From NCBI GenBank assembly GCA_051883415.1, contig JBJETR010000072.1:118217-182216 (forward strand): a stretch of DNA of 64,000 nucleotides, written 5' to 3'. How positions within the stretch are numbered: the stretch's first letter is position 1; each line of letters begins with the position of its first letter. The stretch comes from Christensenellales bacterium (lineage in GTDB: Bacteria; Bacillota; Clostridia; Christensenellales; UBA3700). The notes beneath the pieces are model-generated. The model was not told the origin of the DNA and searched no databases. It worked only from the letters and a program-made list of their open reading frames with translations. Of this stretch, positions 38,764 through 51,354 are shown one piece after another. Both the position numbers and the translations under genes were made by a program.

Positions 38764-41334
38764 TTATTCTTGGTCGGTTGGTTGCTCGGTTGCTTCGGAA
38801 GTGTCCGCCGTGTCGCCTTGTGGCGTTTCGGTTGCTTCTGCCTCGACTTCTTCATCGGCGTGTGGCACTATAGTAAAGCATACGACGTTGCCTTCATCTC
38901 TCATTCTCATAACCTTGACGCCTTGGGTATTTCTACCAATCTTGGAGATTTCGTTGGCTCTTACCCTAATTATAGTGCCGTTGTCGGCTATAATCATCAC
39001 GTCGTCGGTGTCAGGATTGACGAGTTTTAGGTTGACGATATCGCCTGTCTTTTCGTTGAGCACGCCCGCTTTGATACCCTTACCCGCTCTGCCTTGCAAG
39101 GTATATTCGGATATATCCGTTCTCTTGCCGTAGCCGTTGGAGGTAATGGTCAACACTTCGCTACCTTCTATCACCTTGGTCATATCTACCACGTGTTCGC
39201 CCTTGGCTTTATCTATATTGATAGACTTGACGCCTTGGCTAGTTCTACCCGTAGGTCTTACGTCCTTTTCACTAAATCTTATGCACTTGCCGCTGCTGGA
39301 AGCCATAATGATTTCGTCCTCTCCGCTCGTGAGTTGTACTCCGATGAGCTCGTCGCCGTCAACGAGGTTGATTGCAATTTTACCGTTGGACTGTATTCTA
39401 TCGAACTCACCGAGGTCGGTCTTTTTGATAAGTCCGTTTTTGGTAGCCATCATGAGATAGCCTTGGCTTCCCTTTGGCACAGGGATAGCCTTGTTGATTT
39501 GCTCTCCTGGCTCCAAATTGAGCAGGTTGACTATTGCTCTACCCTTAGCGTTTCTGCTTGCCTCAGGGATTTGGTAGCCTTTGATACGATATACTCTGCC
39601 CGTATTGCTAAAGAAGAGAATGTTGTCGTGGGTAGAGGTTGCCATAACGTCCTCTACGAAGTCTTCTTCTTTGGTCTTGTGTGCCGACACGCCCACACCG
39701 CCTCTTCTTTGAGCCTTGTACTCGTCCACAGGCATACGCTTGATATAGCCGTTGTGGGTGGCGGTGATGATGACGTCTTCCTCTTCGATGAGGTCTTCGA
39801 TATCGAGGTCGGAGTAGTCGTAAGTAATCTCCGATCTACGAGGATCGGCATACTTTTCTTTGATTTCCGTCATTTCCGTCTTGATGATATCCACCACTCT
39901 CTGAGTTTTAGCCAAAATATCCTTGAGGTCTGCGATAGTCTTTTCCAATTCTTCGAGTTCACTCTTGAGTTTGTCTACTTCGAGTGCCGTCAATCTCTGC
40001 AATCTCATCTCGAGTATTGCCACGGCTTGACGCTCGCTGAGCTCGAACTTGTCGCACAAGTTGCTTATAGCCACGTTACGGTCATTGGAAGCCTTAATCG
40101 TTGCGATAACTTCGTCGATATTGGCTAGCGCTTTGACCAATCCCAACAAGATATGTTCCTTTTCTTGCGCCTTGTCGAGGTCGTATTGGGTACGGCGAGT
40201 GATGACGGACTTTTGGTGTTTGATATACTCTTCGAGGATTTGCTTGAGGTTGAGCACCTTAGGCGTGCCATCCACGAGTGCAAGCATAATCATAGAGTTG
40301 GACACTTGCAGTTGCGTGTGCTTGAAGAGTAGATTGAGCACGACTTGTGGGTTGGCGTCCTTCTTGACTTCGATGACGATACGCATACCCTCTCTGTCCG
40401 ACAACTCGTGGATATCGCTGATACCCTCCACTCTCTTTTGCTTAACTAGGTCGGCTATGCTCTCGATGAGCTTGGCTTTGTTGACTTGGTAAGGAATCTC
40501 GGTAATGATAATGCTCGACTTGCCGTTAGAATGCTCTTCTATCTCCGTCTTAGCTCTTATTATACAGTTACCTTTACCCGTTCTATAAGCCTTTTTGATA
40601 CCGCTTCCGCCCATAATGTAGGCACCCGTAGGATAGTCAGGGGCAGGGATATATTCCATCAGTTGCTCGATATCGAGGTCAGGATCGTCAAGCAATGCGA
40701 TAGTACCGTCGATGACTTCGGCGAGGTTGTGAGGTGGGATAGAGGTCGCCATACCAACGGCAATACCGTCACTACCGTTGACGAGCAAGTTAGGATAACG
40801 TGCAGGGAGCACGACAGGTTGCTCTCTGGTGTCGTCGAAGTTAGGATAGAAGTCAACCGTCTTTTTGTCGATATCTCTAATCATTTCGTTGGCGATTTTG
40901 CTCATTCTCGCCTCGGTATATCTATATGCGGCGGCAGGATCGCCGTCCACCGAGCCGAAGTTGCCGTGTCCGTCAACGAGGGTACATCTGATAGAGAAGT
41001 CTTGCGCCAATCTTACCAATGCGTCGTATACCGAACTGTCACCGTGTGGATGGTACTTACCGAGCACGTCGCCGACGATGAGGGCGCACTTACGGTGAGG
41101 CTTATCCGCCGTCAATCCGAGTTCGTTCATATCGTAGAGTATTCTTCTATGAACGGGCTTCAGACCGTCTCTTACGTCGGGGATTGCTCTCGACACGTTG
41201 ACCGCCATTGCGTAGGCGATAAAGGACTTCTTCATCTCGCTCTCGACTTCGACGTGTTCGATAGTCGTGCCGGCGAGCATCTCCATTATATCTTTTTTGT
41301 TGTCGATATTCTCGTTATCTTTTTTGATAGCCAT
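38764..41334 (-). CDS. gyrA: DNA gyrase subunit A
   Basis: 856 aa. [26 protein letters not shown] and the active-site region [11 protein letters not shown], followed by C-terminal beta-pinwheel repeats. Has an acidic tail. Confidence 0.98.
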   Translation of the reverse strand: MAIKKDNENIDNKKDIMEMLAGTTIEHVEVESEMKKSFIAYAMAVNVSRAIPDVRDGLKPVHRRILYDMNELGLTADKPHRKCALIVGDVLGKYHPHGDSSVYDALVRLAQDFSIRCTLVDGHGNFGSVDGDPAAAYRYTEARMSKIANEMIRDIDKKTVDFYPNFDDTREQPVVLPARYPNLLVNGSDGIAVGMATSIPPHNLAEVIDGTIALLDDPDLDIEQLMEYIPAPDYPTGAYIMGGSGIKKAYRTGKGNCIIRAKTEIEEHSNGKSSIIITEIPYQVNKAKLIESIADLVKQKRVEGISDIHELSDREGMRIVIEVKKDANPQVVLNLLFKHTQLQVSNSMIMLALVDGTPKVLNLKQILEEYIKHQKSVITRRTQYDLDKAQEKEHILLGLVKALANIDEVIATIKASNDRNVAISNLCDKFELSERQAVAILEMRLQRLTALEVDKLKSELEELEKTIADLKDILAKTQRVVDIIKTEMTEIKEKYADPRRSEITYDYSDLDIEDLIEEEDVIITATHNGYIKRMPVDEYKAQRRGGVGVSAHKTKEEDFVEDVMATSTHDNILFFSNTGRVYRIKGYQIPEASRNAKGRAIVNLLNLEPGEQINKAIPVPKGSQGYLMMATKNGLIKKTDLGEFDRIQSNGKIAINLVDGDELIGVQLTSGEDEIIMASSSGKCIRFSEKDVRPTGRTSQGVKSINIDKAKGEHVVDMTKVIEGSEVLTITSNGYGKRTDISEYTLQGRAGKGIKAGVLNEKTGDIVNLKLVNPDTDDVMIIADNGTIIRVRANEISKIGRNTQGVKVMRMRDEGNVVCFTIVPHADEEVEAEATETPQGDTADTSEATEQPTDQE

Positions 41335-41348
41335 AACTTATCCCTCCA

Positions 41349-43277
<1,929 letters not shown>

Positions 43278-43310
43278 TTATGCGCACGCGTGCGTGCGAG
43301 TATTATAATA

Positions 43311-43325
43311 TTATAATTATTATAA
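43311..43325. promoter_or_regulatory. Perfect 7-1-7 inverted repeat TTATAAT-T-ATTATAA (PerR/Fur-box-like)
   Basis: Read directly at 43311..43325, inside the AT-rich tract 43301..43326 in the gyrB/rubrerythrin divergent region. It equals the PerR box consensus TTATAATnATTATAA. It may alternatively be only -10-like promoter sequence of gyrB. Confidence 0.4.
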
Positions 43326-43432
43326 CACCGTCCCAAAAAAATAGCAAGGCTTTGCACCTAAATAACCTTGTTATAAGCATCTTTTTCTCATAGCTTTTTT
43401 TGCTAAATTTTGTCAAATTTTTTTGAGTGTTA

Positions 43433-43461
43433 TTGACAAAAAACTTGTACTGTGCTAAATT
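43433..43461 (+). promoter_or_regulatory. Sigma-A promoter of rubrerythrin (TTGACA-17 nt-TGcTAAATT)
   Basis: TTGACA at 43433..43438 and TAAATT at 43456..43461, with TG two nt upstream. RBS AAGGAG at 43475..43480. Confidence 0.65.
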
Positions 43462-43487
43462 AAAAAAAACAATTAAGGAGATATAAT

Positions 43488-44024
43488 ATGCAACTAAAAG
43501 ATAGCAAAACTATGCAAAATCTTATGACCGCCTTTGCAGGCGAGTCTCAAGCCCGCAACAAATATACCTACTTTGCTTCCAAAGCAAAAAAGGAAGGCTA
43601 CGTTCAAATAGCCTCTCTCTTTGAAGAGACCGCCAACAACGAAAAAGAACACGCAAAAATGTGGTTCAAACTCATCAACGGCGGCATCGGCTCTACCGCA
43701 GACAACCTCAAAGCGGCTGCCGAGGGCGAAAACTACGAATGGACGGACATGTATGATACCTTTGCCAAAGAAGCTAGAGAAGAAGGCTTTGAAGAAATTG
43801 CCAAAATGTTCGAAGGCGTAGCAAAAATAGAGAAAGAACACGAAGAAAGATACATGGCTCTTCTCAACAACTTGCAAAACGGCAAAGTATTCGCCAAAGA
43901 CGAAGAAGTAGAATGGCATTGTGCTAACTGCGGACACGTTCATTACGGCAAGACCGCTCCCGAAGTTTGCCCTGTATGCGCTCATCCGCAAGCTTACTTC
44001 CAAGTTAGAGCAAAAAACTTTTAA
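43488..44024 (+). CDS. rbr: Rubrerythrin
   Basis: 178 aa. Diiron four-helix ExxH motifs ([18 protein letters not shown]) and a C-terminal rubredoxin-like CANCG...CPVC. Confidence 0.95.
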   Translation: MQLKDSKTMQNLMTAFAGESQARNKYTYFASKAKKEGYVQIASLFEETANNEKEHAKMWFKLINGGIGSTADNLKAAAEGENYEWTDMYDTFAKEAREEGFEEIAKMFEGVAKIEKEHEERYMALLNNLQNGKVFAKDEEVEWHCANCGHVHYGKTAPEVCPVCAHPQAYFQVRAKNF

Positions 44025-44042
44025 TCAAAACTAACAACCAAA

Positions 44043-44080
44043 AATCGCATCTTAGGATAGATGCGATTTTTTTATTTTTT
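44043..44080. terminator. Rho-independent terminator after rubrerythrin (possibly shared with the convergent AEC gene)
   Basis: AATCGCATCT (44043..44052), 6-nt loop, AGATGCGATT (44059..44068), then TTTTTTATTTTTT. Confidence 0.88.
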
Positions 44081-44110
44081 GCCGATAAGTATTGACTTTT
44101 TTATATTTTT

Positions 44111-45046
44111 CTACTGCAACGCCGTCAAGATTAGCGTCATCATCGGAATGGTGATTATCGACGACGTAGTGCCAAGCAAAACGAGGTTGGCGGCAGTCTC
44201 TTGCCCTTCGCCGAGCATCTCGGCAAAATTGAGCACTACGCTGGCAACGGGGGTGCATGCAAGGATAAACATCGTCTCTTTGAAGTACGTCGGCAAAGGC
44301 AAAAACCACACGAGCAATAATGCGATAAGTCCAAACGCCACTTGCTTAAATATCACCACAACGTACTGCATAGGACGACAAAATACCGACCTCGGACTGT
44401 TGACGGCAAGGCGCATACCCATGATGAGCATACATAGAGGAGTCGTCATCTTGCCAAGCAAAGTAATCATAGAATCCAACTGTGCGGGCATCTTGGCACC
44501 CGTAAAGAATAACGGCAAGCCTATTATCAAACCCACGGTAGCGGGGTTGAAAATCGCCTTTTTGATTGATACGTACTTTTTGTCACGAGTGATGATAGCC
44601 GAAGCAAAAGTCCAACCAAGCAAGTTCATACCTATCAAGAAAGCCGTCGAATACACGAGCACTTCGGGGTTATCGGGGAAGATACTCTCCAAGAGCGGCA
44701 CGCCCAAAAAGCCCACGTTACCGAAAGCCACGGCTACGTTGGATATTCTCACAGCCACATTGTCTTGCTTTTTTCTAAAAATAAGATAGTACACGCCCAG
44801 CACGACAGCTTGCAAAACAAAAGTCAGAGCAAGGAATATCATCATTCTTGCAAAGACATCGGGGCTGTACTCCACCCTTGTCAAAGAATATATGGTAAGA
44901 CAAGGTTGGCACACGTACATCAAAATTACCGCAAACGCCGAAATGGCTTGAGGTTTGATTATCCCCGTCTTGACTGTAACAAAGCCGGGTATTGCGTAGG
45001 CAAGCATTATGCCAACCGTTGTCAAAGTTATCAAAAACAGTTCCAT
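44111..45046 (-). CDS. AEC (auxin efflux carrier) family transporter
   Basis: About 311 aa, 10-TM-like, with the two-repeat AEC layout. Start uncertain: the ATG at 45046 is preferred over the GTG at 45070. Confidence 0.75.
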   Translation of the reverse strand: MELFLITLTTVGIMLAYAIPGFVTVKTGIIKPQAISAFAVILMYVCQPCLTIYSLTRVEYSPDVFARMMIFLALTFVLQAVVLGVYYLIFRKKQDNVAVRISNVAVAFGNVGFLGVPLLESIFPDNPEVLVYSTAFLIGMNLLGWTFASAIITRDKKYVSIKKAIFNPATVGLIIGLPLFFTGAKMPAQLDSMITLLGKMTTPLCMLIMGMRLAVNSPRSVFCRPMQYVVVIFKQVAFGLIALLLVWFLPLPTYFKETMFILACTPVASVVLNFAEMLGEGQETAANLVLLGTTSSIITIPMMTLILTALQ

Positions 45047-45141
45047 AAATCTATTACATATTACTCTCACATGGTATTATTGTCAACAAATACGTCTTAT
45101 TATTCTCGCATATTTTTGCTTTATTTTTAATGATTTTCAGC

Positions 45142-45170
45142 AAAAAGACACGCCGTTTTAGCAGCGTGCC
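45142..45170 (-). terminator. Rho-independent terminator after the NSS transporter
   Basis: On the minus strand GGCACGC...GCGUGUC forms a 7-bp stem with one G-U pair, followed by UUUUUG. Plus-strand coordinates 45147..45170, with an A-run at 45142..45146. Confidence 0.6.
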
Positions 45171-45198
45171 TTTTGTATTTTTTGATGCTATTTAGCAA

Positions 45199-46908
45199 TT
45201 ATTGAGCGTCGGTATCGTTTGGCGTTTCTTCCGCCACAACGGCGTTCTCCCCGCTTGGAGTTTCTTCTGCAACCGAGTTGAGAACCATAGCCTCTGCCTT
45301 ACTCTCCTCAACGCCCTCGTTGACGAGTTCTTCTATCTCCTCGTCGTGCATATCGTCCCAACCCTTGTAGTCGTTTTCGAGCATAGCAAACTTTTTGCTA
45401 TGATTGGTAAGAATTTGCATAACGATACCTACCACAAAGACTGCGATAAATACGAGCCAGCCTGCAATCACTTGTGTCCAAATAGGATAATCGCCGTATC
45501 CTCCGCCTTCTCCGCCGTAGCTCTTGATTGTATCAATGAGGTTCCATATAAACAATCCGCCGAGAAGCAAAGGCGCAACGATTTTGATTATCCAATCGTA
45601 TCCGCTCTTGATTTTGATAGTCGTTGCGGTACGATTGAGCTCATCTCTGACTTTGCTCGTCTTGAAGAACCAACCAACCACGATACATTCTATAATGCCT
45701 ACGAGTATCAAGCTAAAAGAGTTAGCCCATTTGTCTACTATATCGAGCCACTCCAATCCTCCCTTGGTGATGTATATGACCGACACCAACGCTGCACAAA
45801 GACAAGTCGTCAGACGAGTCTTGCGAGGATCGAGCTTGAACTTATCGCTGATAGACGTTGCAACGCCTTCTACGATTGAGAACGCACTGTCGATGGCTAG
45901 CGTCAACAACGTCATATAGAACAAGAATGCAATAAAGCTATTGAAAGCCGCACTATTAGACAACATAACCATAGCTTGCGGATATACCACGAATGCAGTA
46001 CCTATACCGCCCGACGGCTTAGCAAGGTAACTCTCGAGCATTCCCGTACCGCTGAGGGTAGTGAACAAAACTATGCCCGCAAGTACGCTGATTGCCATGT
46101 CGCTGACTGCAATTATCAAGGTATCCTTGACGATATCGCTCTTTTTGTTGACGAAAGAGCCGTATGCAATCATGATAGCCATCATTATAGACAGGCTATA
46201 GAATACTTGTCCGAAAGCATCTATCCAAAGACCACTGTTGCCGAGTTTGCTAAAGTCGGGAATAAAGAACTGCTTGAGTCCCGCGCCCGATGCATTGCCA
46301 AAATCTTTGACCATACCGTTGATAGCCAAAACTATCAACAAAACCACCGGAATGATAACGGTAAAAGGTACGACTTTACCTGCGCTATGAGCGCCTTTAC
46401 GTATACACAAATATATCGCTATCCAAGCAATAATCAACGCCACGAAAAGTCCGCCGGGGATATCGAAAGCGCCCGCTCCGCTAGAGATTGGTTGATATTG
46501 CAGAGCTTCTCCGAAGAAGATACCGCCCGCCTCTTGCGAAGTGAGTCCGCCAAGCTTGAACGACTTGACAATCATCACCAAAATCCACGCCAATACTACT
46601 GCGTAATACGTCACTATAACGAATGCGTTGGCAACTGCCGCCCAACCTACGAATTCAGCCTTTTTATTAAGACCTCTGAATGCACCGGGTGCGCCGTGTT
46701 GCATCTTACGTCCGATAGAAATCTCCATCATAAGAAGTGGCCAGCCGAGGATAAACATTGCCAAGATATATACCAACAAAAAGGTTCCGCCGCCGTGCAT
46801 AGCCGCCAAACCCGGAAATCTCCATGCGTTTCCAAGACCTACCGCCGAGCCGATAGCCGCAAAAATAAACGTAGCACGACTCGCCCAAGAATCTCTCTTT
46901 TTAGACAT
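45199..46908 (-). CDS. Sodium-dependent transporter, neurotransmitter:sodium symporter (NSS/SNF) family, with an acidic C-terminal extension
   Basis: 569 aa. N-terminal NSS signature WASRATFIFAAIGSAVGLGNAWRFP. RBS TGGAGGAATT. Confidence 0.9.
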   Translation of the reverse strand: MSKKRDSWASRATFIFAAIGSAVGLGNAWRFPGLAAMHGGGTFLLVYILAMFILGWPLLMMEISIGRKMQHGAPGAFRGLNKKAEFVGWAAVANAFVIVTYYAVVLAWILVMIVKSFKLGGLTSQEAGGIFFGEALQYQPISSGAGAFDIPGGLFVALIIAWIAIYLCIRKGAHSAGKVVPFTVIIPVVLLIVLAINGMVKDFGNASGAGLKQFFIPDFSKLGNSGLWIDAFGQVFYSLSIMMAIMIAYGSFVNKKSDIVKDTLIIAVSDMAISVLAGIVLFTTLSGTGMLESYLAKPSGGIGTAFVVYPQAMVMLSNSAAFNSFIAFLFYMTLLTLAIDSAFSIVEGVATSISDKFKLDPRKTRLTTCLCAALVSVIYITKGGLEWLDIVDKWANSFSLILVGIIECIVVGWFFKTSKVRDELNRTATTIKIKSGYDWIIKIVAPLLLGGLFIWNLIDTIKSYGGEGGGYGDYPIWTQVIAGWLVFIAVFVVGIVMQILTNHSKKFAMLENDYKGWDDMHDEEIEELVNEGVEESKAEAMVLNSVAEETPSGENAVVAEETPNDTDAQ

Positions 46909-46938
46909 AATTCCTCCAAACTTAAGAATAATATATTG

Positions 46939-46967
46939 ATTATAGCATACCAGACAAAATTTTTCAA
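46939..46967 (-). promoter_or_regulatory. Sigma-A promoter of the NSS transporter (TTGAAA-17 nt-TGcTATAAT)
   Basis: On the plus strand TTTCAA is at 46962..46967 and ATTATA at 46939..46944. Confidence 0.65.
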
Positions 46968-47103
46968 ATATTTTACATATTTATTTATCTCTTTAACTCA
47001 ATAAATAGCTTTGGCAACAATTTGCTAGTAATTATGATGTAAGTCGATAGCGGGTGCATTTTGCTAATCAACGACTTACTTTGTATTACGTTGCCATAAA
47101 ACG

Positions 47104-47135
47104 CAAAAAAGCACCGACGGATAATCCGTCGGTGC
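47104..47135 (-). terminator. Rho-independent terminator after the lipoprotein gene
   Basis: GCACCGACGG (47111..47120), short loop, CCGTCGGTGC (47126..47135). The A6 run at 47105..47110 gives the U-tract on the minus strand. Confidence 0.88.
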
Positions 47136-47152
47136 CAGCTATTGTACCGATA

Positions 47153-48583
47153 TTATTCTGCAGGGTTAGCCTTGATATAGGATTCTTTGTCGGCTTCGGT
47201 CATAAACTTAGGCAGCAATCCGTCTTTGGTTTCGGTGCTCTCCTCGTATCCGCTGACAATCTTTCCTTCGGCTTTGTTTTCAACGCCCTCAGTCACACTA
47301 TAAGTCGTGTAGTCGAGTCTATATAGATAATTGTAGTTGTTGCCGTCGATATAATAGACAAAGTTAGCTAGTTTGACAGGTTTAAGCCAAGAAGTCGAAA
47401 GGTTTTGCTCACTAATTTTCTCCTCGCTTGGCACATCTGCCTTATAATTCATTCTCATAAGCACGTTGGATATCACGTAATATACGTAGTCACCTTCGAA
47501 GAATAGTACCGTAGGAGCAGAAGAAAGAGTAATCTCCTTGTCCACGTCGTTGACGTTGGCTTGTTCGGATATCGGCTTGTAAAGCTTGACTGTGGCAGAA
47601 GAAACGTCAAGTATACCGTTTTCAAATCCAACAGGTACGAAGTTGCTTACGGAAGATACCGCATATTTCTTTTCCAAAGTCTTGTCAACAGCGGTGAGGC
47701 TATCAAACTTGTATCCGTACGTGCCTACCGCAGATGCCGTGTCGTTGTCGGTCTTAGAATAATACAAAACCTTCTCATCCTTATCATATTTGATAAGCGA
47801 GATGCTCTTTTGCTCTTTGAGAGTTGGCGTTTCACCCGAAGCATAGGTAGTGTCGCCAATGATTTTGATAGGTTCGGAGTTGCCGTCCAAAGCCCAAACC
47901 TCGTTGTTGTTGAGCGTCTTGTTTTCGCTGGCTTTGGTATAGAAGACGATATTGCTTTGAGCGGTAAAGAGCGAGCCCGTCACGTCAGAAGCAATCACGC
48001 TTTCTTTGCCTATCTTCTTGTCGGTGTACTCAACCTTCTTTAGGTCGGTGCCGTCCACGTAAATGAGCGCAGTTGCGGTAAAGGTAAACTTGACGGACGT
48101 ACCTTCGATAATTGCTATCGATTGGGTTTTGCTACCGTCGAGCTTGCTGCGCATATATTCGAGGCTGCTCGTCAACACGTTGCCGTATTTGTCGGTTTGG
48201 GTACTTGGTGAGCAATAGTAGAGCCACTCGCCGAAGATATAAATGCCCGCTTGATTGTTAGCGGTATAGTAGGTCTTAGGTACGACTACCGCCGTATCGC
48301 TCAAGGTGCCGTCAGAGTTGATTTTGCTCTTCATAATGCTACCCTTGACGCTTGCTTTGCCGAAATGGTTATCCTCAGGTTTAGTTATGTTGGCGGTATC
48401 GTCCATGCCGTTGACGTAATAGAGATAATCGCCTTGTTTAACGACCATAGCGCCGTTGTTTTCTACTTCTCCCGTCGTAATAGGGCCGATAGGTCCCCAC
48501 TTAAAATTTTGACAGCCAACCAAAGCAAGAGCTATCGTTGCCACCATCAAAACTATCAAAATCGACTTGGTAAACTTTGTCAT
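47153..48583 (-). CDS. Lipoprotein with repeated beta-propeller-like blades (DUF5050-like)
   Basis: 476 aa. Lipobox LALVGC after a signal peptide. Recurrent blade motifs: GDYLYYVNG, GEWLYYCSP, ALIYVDG, KVLYYSKT, GDYVYYVIS, NFVYYIDG. Confidence 0.7.
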   Translation of the reverse strand: MTKFTKSILIVLMVATIALALVGCQNFKWGPIGPITTGEVENNGAMVVKQGDYLYYVNGMDDTANITKPEDNHFGKASVKGSIMKSKINSDGTLSDTAVVVPKTYYTANNQAGIYIFGEWLYYCSPSTQTDKYGNVLTSSLEYMRSKLDGSKTQSIAIIEGTSVKFTFTATALIYVDGTDLKKVEYTDKKIGKESVIASDVTGSLFTAQSNIVFYTKASENKTLNNNEVWALDGNSEPIKIIGDTTYASGETPTLKEQKSISLIKYDKDEKVLYYSKTDNDTASAVGTYGYKFDSLTAVDKTLEKKYAVSSVSNFVPVGFENGILDVSSATVKLYKPISEQANVNDVDKEITLSSAPTVLFFEGDYVYYVISNVLMRMNYKADVPSEEKISEQNLSTSWLKPVKLANFVYYIDGNNYNYLYRLDYTTYSVTEGVENKAEGKIVSGYEESTETKDGLLPKFMTEADKESYIKANPAE

Positions 48584-48771
48584 TCTATTCTCCCATAATA
48601 AGAATTGCTATATAATATAATAATTATAGTATAATAGTTGATATAAATCAATAAATTTTTCGCAAAATTTCGCCTTGTAAGTTATTTTAACCATTTTTCT
48701 CGGCTATTAACAATTTGTAAGTCAAATATAAGAGGCGATACTTTTGACTACGCTTAGGTTTAGTCACTCTT

Positions 48772-49446
48772 CTACGACTTATGCGACCAGTTGATAGGTT
48801 GCAAACCATGCAAAGCCAAAAAATCGTTGGCTTTAGAAAAGTGCTTACATTCCAAGAAGCCGTGATAAAAAGACAGTGGGCTTGGATGAACGGCTTTGAG
48901 TACGAGATGCTTTTTGTCGTCGATGAGCCTTGCCTTGGACTTGGCGTATCCGCCCCACAGCATAAATACTATCGGCGTGTCGTGAGCGTTGAGAAGCTCG
49001 ATAATTCTGTCGGTAAATATATCCCAACCGTATTGAGAATGCGACAACGGCTGACCTTTGCGAACACTGAGGTAGCTGTTGAGTAGCAATACGCCTTGTT
49101 CCGCCCACCCCGTCAAGTCGCCGTTGGAATCGGGCTTGATGCCCAAATCGTACTGCAACGCCTTGAAGATGTTGACTAGCGACGGTGGCAGTTTGGTCCC
49201 CTTTTCTACACTAAAACACAGTCCGTTGGCTTGTCCGTAGTCGTGGTATGGATCTTGACCGAGAATTACTACCTTGACCTTGTCGTAGGGGCACAAGTCC
49301 AATGCCCGAAATATTTTTTCTTTGGGTGGAAAACAAGTCGTCGTAGCGTAATCTTGCATTACCGACGCCCACAACCTAGGAAAATACTCTTTTTCTCCTT
49401 CGTATTTTAGCAGTTGTCTCCAACTTTCGTCTGCGATTTTTACCAT
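48772..49446 (-). CDS. ung: Uracil-DNA glycosylase (family 1)
   Basis: 224 aa. Contains GQDPYH, GVLLLN and HPSPLS motifs. Confidence 0.96.
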   Translation of the reverse strand: MVKIADESWRQLLKYEGEKEYFPRLWASVMQDYATTTCFPPKEKIFRALDLCPYDKVKVVILGQDPYHDYGQANGLCFSVEKGTKLPPSLVNIFKALQYDLGIKPDSNGDLTGWAEQGVLLLNSYLSVRKGQPLSHSQYGWDIFTDRIIELLNAHDTPIVFMLWGGYAKSKARLIDDKKHLVLKAVHPSPLSFYHGFLECKHFSKANDFLALHGLQPINWSHKS

Positions 49447-49519
49447 AGCAACATTATATTGCGGACGTGAGTTTTTGTCAACGGTTGACTTTGCAATAGC
49501 TTTGATTTACAATGATATT

Positions 49520-50314
49520 ATGATAGATACGCATACACATTGTTATCACTCGCAAGACAGCCGGACTCCCGCTCGCGATATGATAGAAGGAGCAATAGCC
49601 AAAGGCTTGCAATATATTGCGCTTACCGACCACTACGACCTCGATATGCTTGGCTTTCCTCAAGTTCCGCAGATAGATTTGCCACGGCATTTTGAAGAAC
49701 TCACTATCCTAAAAGAACAATACGAAGGCAAAATCCAACTCGCAATAGGTATAGAATGCGGTTGGGCAAAGAAGGTCGAGGACGATTACCTCCGCAATCT
49801 TGCGCCTTACAGGATAGATATGACTATCAATTCCGTACATATGGTAGACGGCAAGGACTGCTATGCCGAGGGCTATTACGACGAATTGCCTATGCAAAAG
49901 TGCTACGACGACTATTTGGATAGCGTGATTGACTCGCTTGACGCACCCTATCGCTTCGACAGCATAGGGCATTTGGGATACATAATGCGCAAAGCACCTT
50001 ACCCCGATCCGATTATGAAGTATAAGCAGTTTGGCGACAAACTCGACCATATTCTTCGTACGATAATCGACAAAGGCGTGGCTTTGGAAGTCAATACACA
50101 TACCAAGAATTTGCCTATTAGATGTTTGCCTACTATCGAGATTTTGACAAGATATCGCGAGATGGGCGGAGAATTGCTGACCTTTGGCTCCGACGCCCAC
50201 CAGCCAACCAGACTCGCGGACAAGTATAACGAAACCATGGAACTTCTAAAAGCTCTTGGATACCAATATATTTTCAAATATTTATCGCACGAGCCTATCG
50301 CTTGCAAAATTTAA
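49520..50314 (+). CDS. PHP-family histidinol-phosphatase-like hydrolase
   Basis: MIDTHTHCYHSQDS N-terminus (the HxH PHP motif), LTDH, and GSDAH near the C-terminus. The ATG at 49520 is preferred over the TTG at 49475. Confidence 0.8.
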   Translation: MIDTHTHCYHSQDSRTPARDMIEGAIAKGLQYIALTDHYDLDMLGFPQVPQIDLPRHFEELTILKEQYEGKIQLAIGIECGWAKKVEDDYLRNLAPYRIDMTINSVHMVDGKDCYAEGYYDELPMQKCYDDYLDSVIDSLDAPYRFDSIGHLGYIMRKAPYPDPIMKYKQFGDKLDHILRTIIDKGVALEVNTHTKNLPIRCLPTIEILTRYREMGGELLTFGSDAHQPTRLADKYNETMELLKALGYQYIFKYLSHEPIACKI

Positions 50315-50354
50315 TAATTTCCATAACTTTGCTATGGTTTTACGTTCAACAAGC

Positions 50355-50383
50355 CAAAAAATTGCGGACGATTACTCGTCCGC
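50355..50383. terminator. Terminator hairpin between convergent PHP hydrolase and GH16 genes
   Basis: GCGGACGA (50364..50371), loop TTAC, TCGTCCGC (50376..50383). The A-run upstream on the plus strand gives a good U-tract for the minus-strand GH16 gene. Confidence 0.8.
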
Positions 50384-50397
50384 TCAATTTATTTAGT

Positions 50398-51318
50398 TTA
50401 TTGTTTGTGTTGATACACTTTGACGTAATCGATAACAAAATCGTACTTTTTGCTTTTATCGTTTTTTGCAAGGTCACCGCACCAACCCTTAGTTCCTCCC
50501 TCTTGTTCGGGATTTACCACCTCGCTAGATAGAATGATGTATTCTTCCACTTGCGACACAATATTTTGATATATTGTTTGACCTTGCTTATTTTTATATT
50601 TTTCGTCTGTAACCGTCCAGGTACAAACACCGTCTACGTAAAATTTGTAGTATTTTTCCGTCCATTCCAACCCGTAAGTATGGAATTCTCCGTACAGATT
50701 AGGCACGTTGACGCCCGTCTTTGGGGCTGATTTCAAATGTTCGCCGTAGCCGTCGTAATGCACGGCGTGGCTTACGGTTTGACGCATAAAAACGTCGTAA
50801 TAGAAGGGCGATTCGAATATGTCGATTTCCGTACCGTCAATACCCGTATCCAAATAATCGGTATTGGCATTGGCAAAATTGTCGGTTGGCATCAGCCAAA
50901 AAGCCGACCACGAACCGTAAATTGCAGGGACTTTGCACCTTATCTCAAAATAACCGTATCTTTGAGCGAAACCGCCCTTTGTTTCCCCGCCGTAATCGTA
51001 GCAAGCGGTAGATATAACACCGCTATACCAACCCGCGCCAAAGTCGCCGTCTTCTCGCCATTCGGTCGTCATAACCAAATAGCCGTCTTCGACTCTGAAT
51101 GCGTCGTCAACCCAATAGCCGCCGTTTCTCGGTGCGCCGTTTTTGCCGTCTACGTAGTGACCGTCAAAGTGCCACTTGGTATAATCCAACTCTTCGCCGT
51201 CGAATCCGTCTTCCCATACCAGCAAAAACTTGTCGGTTTCGATTTTTTGGCAACCCGTAAGCGACAATACGCTAACCGTCAATAGTATAAGTACGACTAT
51301 CAAAGCAAGTTTTTTCAT
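50398..51318 (-). CDS. Glycoside hydrolase family 16 lipoprotein (beta-glucanase/laminarinase-like)
   Basis: 306 aa. Signal peptide with lipobox SLTGC and the GH16 catalytic motif EIDIFE. Confidence 0.85.
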   Translation of the reverse strand: MKKLALIVVLILLTVSVLSLTGCQKIETDKFLLVWEDGFDGEELDYTKWHFDGHYVDGKNGAPRNGGYWVDDAFRVEDGYLVMTTEWREDGDFGAGWYSGVISTACYDYGGETKGGFAQRYGYFEIRCKVPAIYGSWSAFWLMPTDNFANANTDYLDTGIDGTEIDIFESPFYYDVFMRQTVSHAVHYDGYGEHLKSAPKTGVNVPNLYGEFHTYGLEWTEKYYKFYVDGVCTWTVTDEKYKNKQGQTIYQNIVSQVEEYIILSSEVVNPEQEGGTKGWCGDLAKNDKSKKYDFVIDYVKVYQHKQ

Positions 51319-51354
51319 ACTATCAGTCCTGCAATATTGCGATGACTAACGAGA

